From NCBI GenBank assembly GCA_964252035.1, contig OZ176201.1: a stretch of 64,000 nucleotides of DNA; one strand, given 5' to 3'. The notes below the pieces were generated by a model. That model had not been told where the DNA came from, did not search any database, and saw only the letters and a list, made by a program, of their open reading frames with translations. A program made the translations under genes and the position numbers. Origin of the DNA: Podarcis erhardii. Its lineage: Eukaryota. Shown here one piece after another: positions 61,731 through 64,000 of this stretch (the stretch's first letter is position 1; every line of letters starts with the position of its first letter).

Positions 61731-64000
61731 AGCTTCAAGAACTCGGGCAGAATTTGATCGGCAACATTTAGTGCTGTTGCCCCACGTCCTCCTGTTAACT
61801 TGGAGGGGAAGGCGGATAGAAGGGCCATCAGATACGTTTGTAAACCGCTTTGATGTATTTTCTTACAATCTAGCGGTATATAATCTGTATGTAATAAAGG
61901 AAACAAAAATAAATTTCTCCAGGAGCTCAGAGAAACTACAAGAGTTTCGTATTTTGCGGGGGGCGGGGAGGAGATGTTTAAATATGGTACATTTTCTCTC
62001 TTTCCCAATTTAAATTCTTTATTTGGCTGTTGATATTGTTTTTAGACATAAAGCGCTTTCTTTCAGACATAAGAAGAGGCAACAAGCCGAAAACAATAAC
62101 CAACTCACAATATGAAGCAATCAAGTCTGTAACTTGAAAGTAACGAGCAGTTCTTATATGCACAACTGAAACTGGAATCGTTGGATTTAAGCAGATACAC
62201 AGTCCGATGTACAGGCCAGCTAAGCTAAAAAAAAGGGACCTCAGTCGATATTAGTGGAAACTGAAGACAAAATGGCGTCGCTATCTCAATATCTAGGCTT
62301 AAAGGGGTTGCGAAATCAACTGCTGTACCGCCTGAACGCATTGTACTGACTACATCGCAACTTCATCCCATATAAGTATATTTAGGCTTATTGGCTTGCT
62401 CTTAATTCATCAAGTTTAGGTTGGGTCTGCAATCAATTGCTTTTGGGTTTTATCAATAGTAGATTCAGTTGCTTAGGTTAAGGGGGTCCAAAAGCATATT
62501 ATTTGAAAATCAATGGGTCTTGCCTGTAAAAAAAGGGGGGGCAGGGGTACGATCTACTCTAGCTAAACACAGCATAGTTAAATCCCGTGAACTGGCATAT
62601 TCCTAAAGAGAATCATTTTCAACTGGAATAAAACGGAACTTTTTGATCAATGCATTTAAGATGGAGTCGTGGGCTTGTGCGAAGAGGGAGAGGTAATGGA
62701 ACTCAGTAAGCAGCCATTCAGATACCCTTCCTATTACCCCATAGCGAGACCCTGCTATAAGAACTCTTTGTCCATGTCCAGGGGTCATAACTGACTAAAC
62801 TGGGCCAGACGAGACTGAATTCCATATGAGGAGAGTCATGGTTTTCTATCTTAATCGGACTTGACTTGAACAGAGCGATATCTTTAGATCTCCCAAACTC
62901 AGGAGGGGTTCCTGCCCATATATATTTCCAGATTTTTTATTATCATTGTCAAACCCCAAATCCCAGCTGAGGTTAGGAAACTTGAACCGATCTATTTTTC
63001 ACCTTCTACCTGGGTTTAAAAAACAACCGCCAAAGGACCCAACCCGGGTGAATATTTATAGTTTCTATATTTAAGACGGGAAGGGCGTGTCCAGTGCATT
63101 TCTCTTCGAAACCAGAAAGAGAAGGGGTTGTCTTAAGAGTACTTCTACACCACGTACCAAGAACATGAAGAAGGCGGAAGCGGGGTGAGGGCTGGGGAAG
63201 ATCTCAGAAATTTAAGAGTTCACAACAGATTGGATGAGTTGATTTCAGGGCCTATTTGATTTCGGTGGAGGGGAAATGAGAATCCACCCAGTCTTCTCTT
63301 GGCCATCTTTACTGGTTGTGAGTGTGGTGGACCTCCATAAAATATGGTAGACAATCCATACGCTGTTGAATATATGCGATAATTTTATAAGGTTCTGATC
63401 ATTAGAGGGCACCGAAGAGTCTACTGTGCGTAGGCGGAAGGGGTCATATATTCTTGGGCCTAATTTACAGAAAGTTAAGCGCCTAATGCCATCATTCTGT
63501 GAATACTTCCTTGGAAATGCATTACATTGATATTGGTCAGGCTTTCCTGCTAGTAGTAAACAGAATTAGGACCTGGATGCAACAAGTCCCGTAAGATTCA
63601 CATACCCCATTTAACTTACTCTGAACGGTCTTCACATAACAAAGGTTTGGGATATTAGGTACCTAATTAACCTGTCGTGCGCCCCCCCCCCTTCTTTTTA
63701 TTAACCGTCCTTTGCACTGCAGACAATGGATCACAACCCGGCAGCGTCGGGGGAGCTTGATCCACATAGAGTTTTAAGGGAATTGAAAAGCGAGCACAGC
63801 AGTACAGTACACAGGATCGTGGGCAGGAAGGGATTCTGTAGGACACGCAACATATTCAAAAAGCATCTTAGGATATCTTTAAAAGGTACTCGAATCTACC
63901 TTCCTACCTATCTGCCCGCACTTGCTGTCAGCGACGGAACACTCTCAGGACCGGTTGTACGGGACATCGGTGACTCCATAGGCACTCAGTGTACGTAAAA

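Noticed and set aside
62860-62900. Possible CR1 LINE 3' end remnant
   Set aside because: Similarity is short and weak, with no terminal octamer repeat.
54600-64000. Searched for HOXC13 coding sequence, tRNA/rRNA genes and a full-length Sauria SINE
   Set aside because: None recognised. HOXC13 presumably lies beyond the right end.

Overview
This window is the posterior part of a vertebrate HoxC cluster, with all Hox genes on the minus strand. Left to right it holds mir-196a (HoxC-linked, mir-196a-2 ortholog, 7.5 kb), HOXC10 (2 exons, 374 aa), HOXC11 (2 exons, 303 aa) and HOXC12 (2 exons, 267 aa). HOXC9 and HOXC13 should lie outside the left and right ends. All six coding exons have GT/AG phase-1 introns that join into intact ORFs. 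The repeat content (hAT-type MITEs, a short palindromic repeat family, many microsatellites) suggests a squamate (lizard-like) genome; this is inferred, not proven. Most notable observations: (1) a plus-strand block at 38.3-38.66 kb that matches, from my recollection, human HOTAIR exons 3-4, colinearly and with an intact splice donor and a clean upstream acceptor; (2) a 30-aa poly-Pro/Gln insertion in HOXC10; (3) an in-frame upstream AUG of HOXC10 (MSA...) resembling the HOXA10 N-terminal extension but closed by a stop; (4) several NR6A1/GCNF-type DR0 motifs; (5) transposon remnants, one apparently nested, seen only in the C11-C12 and C12-C13 intervals. No tools were run, so all cross-species comparisons are from memory and need alignment.
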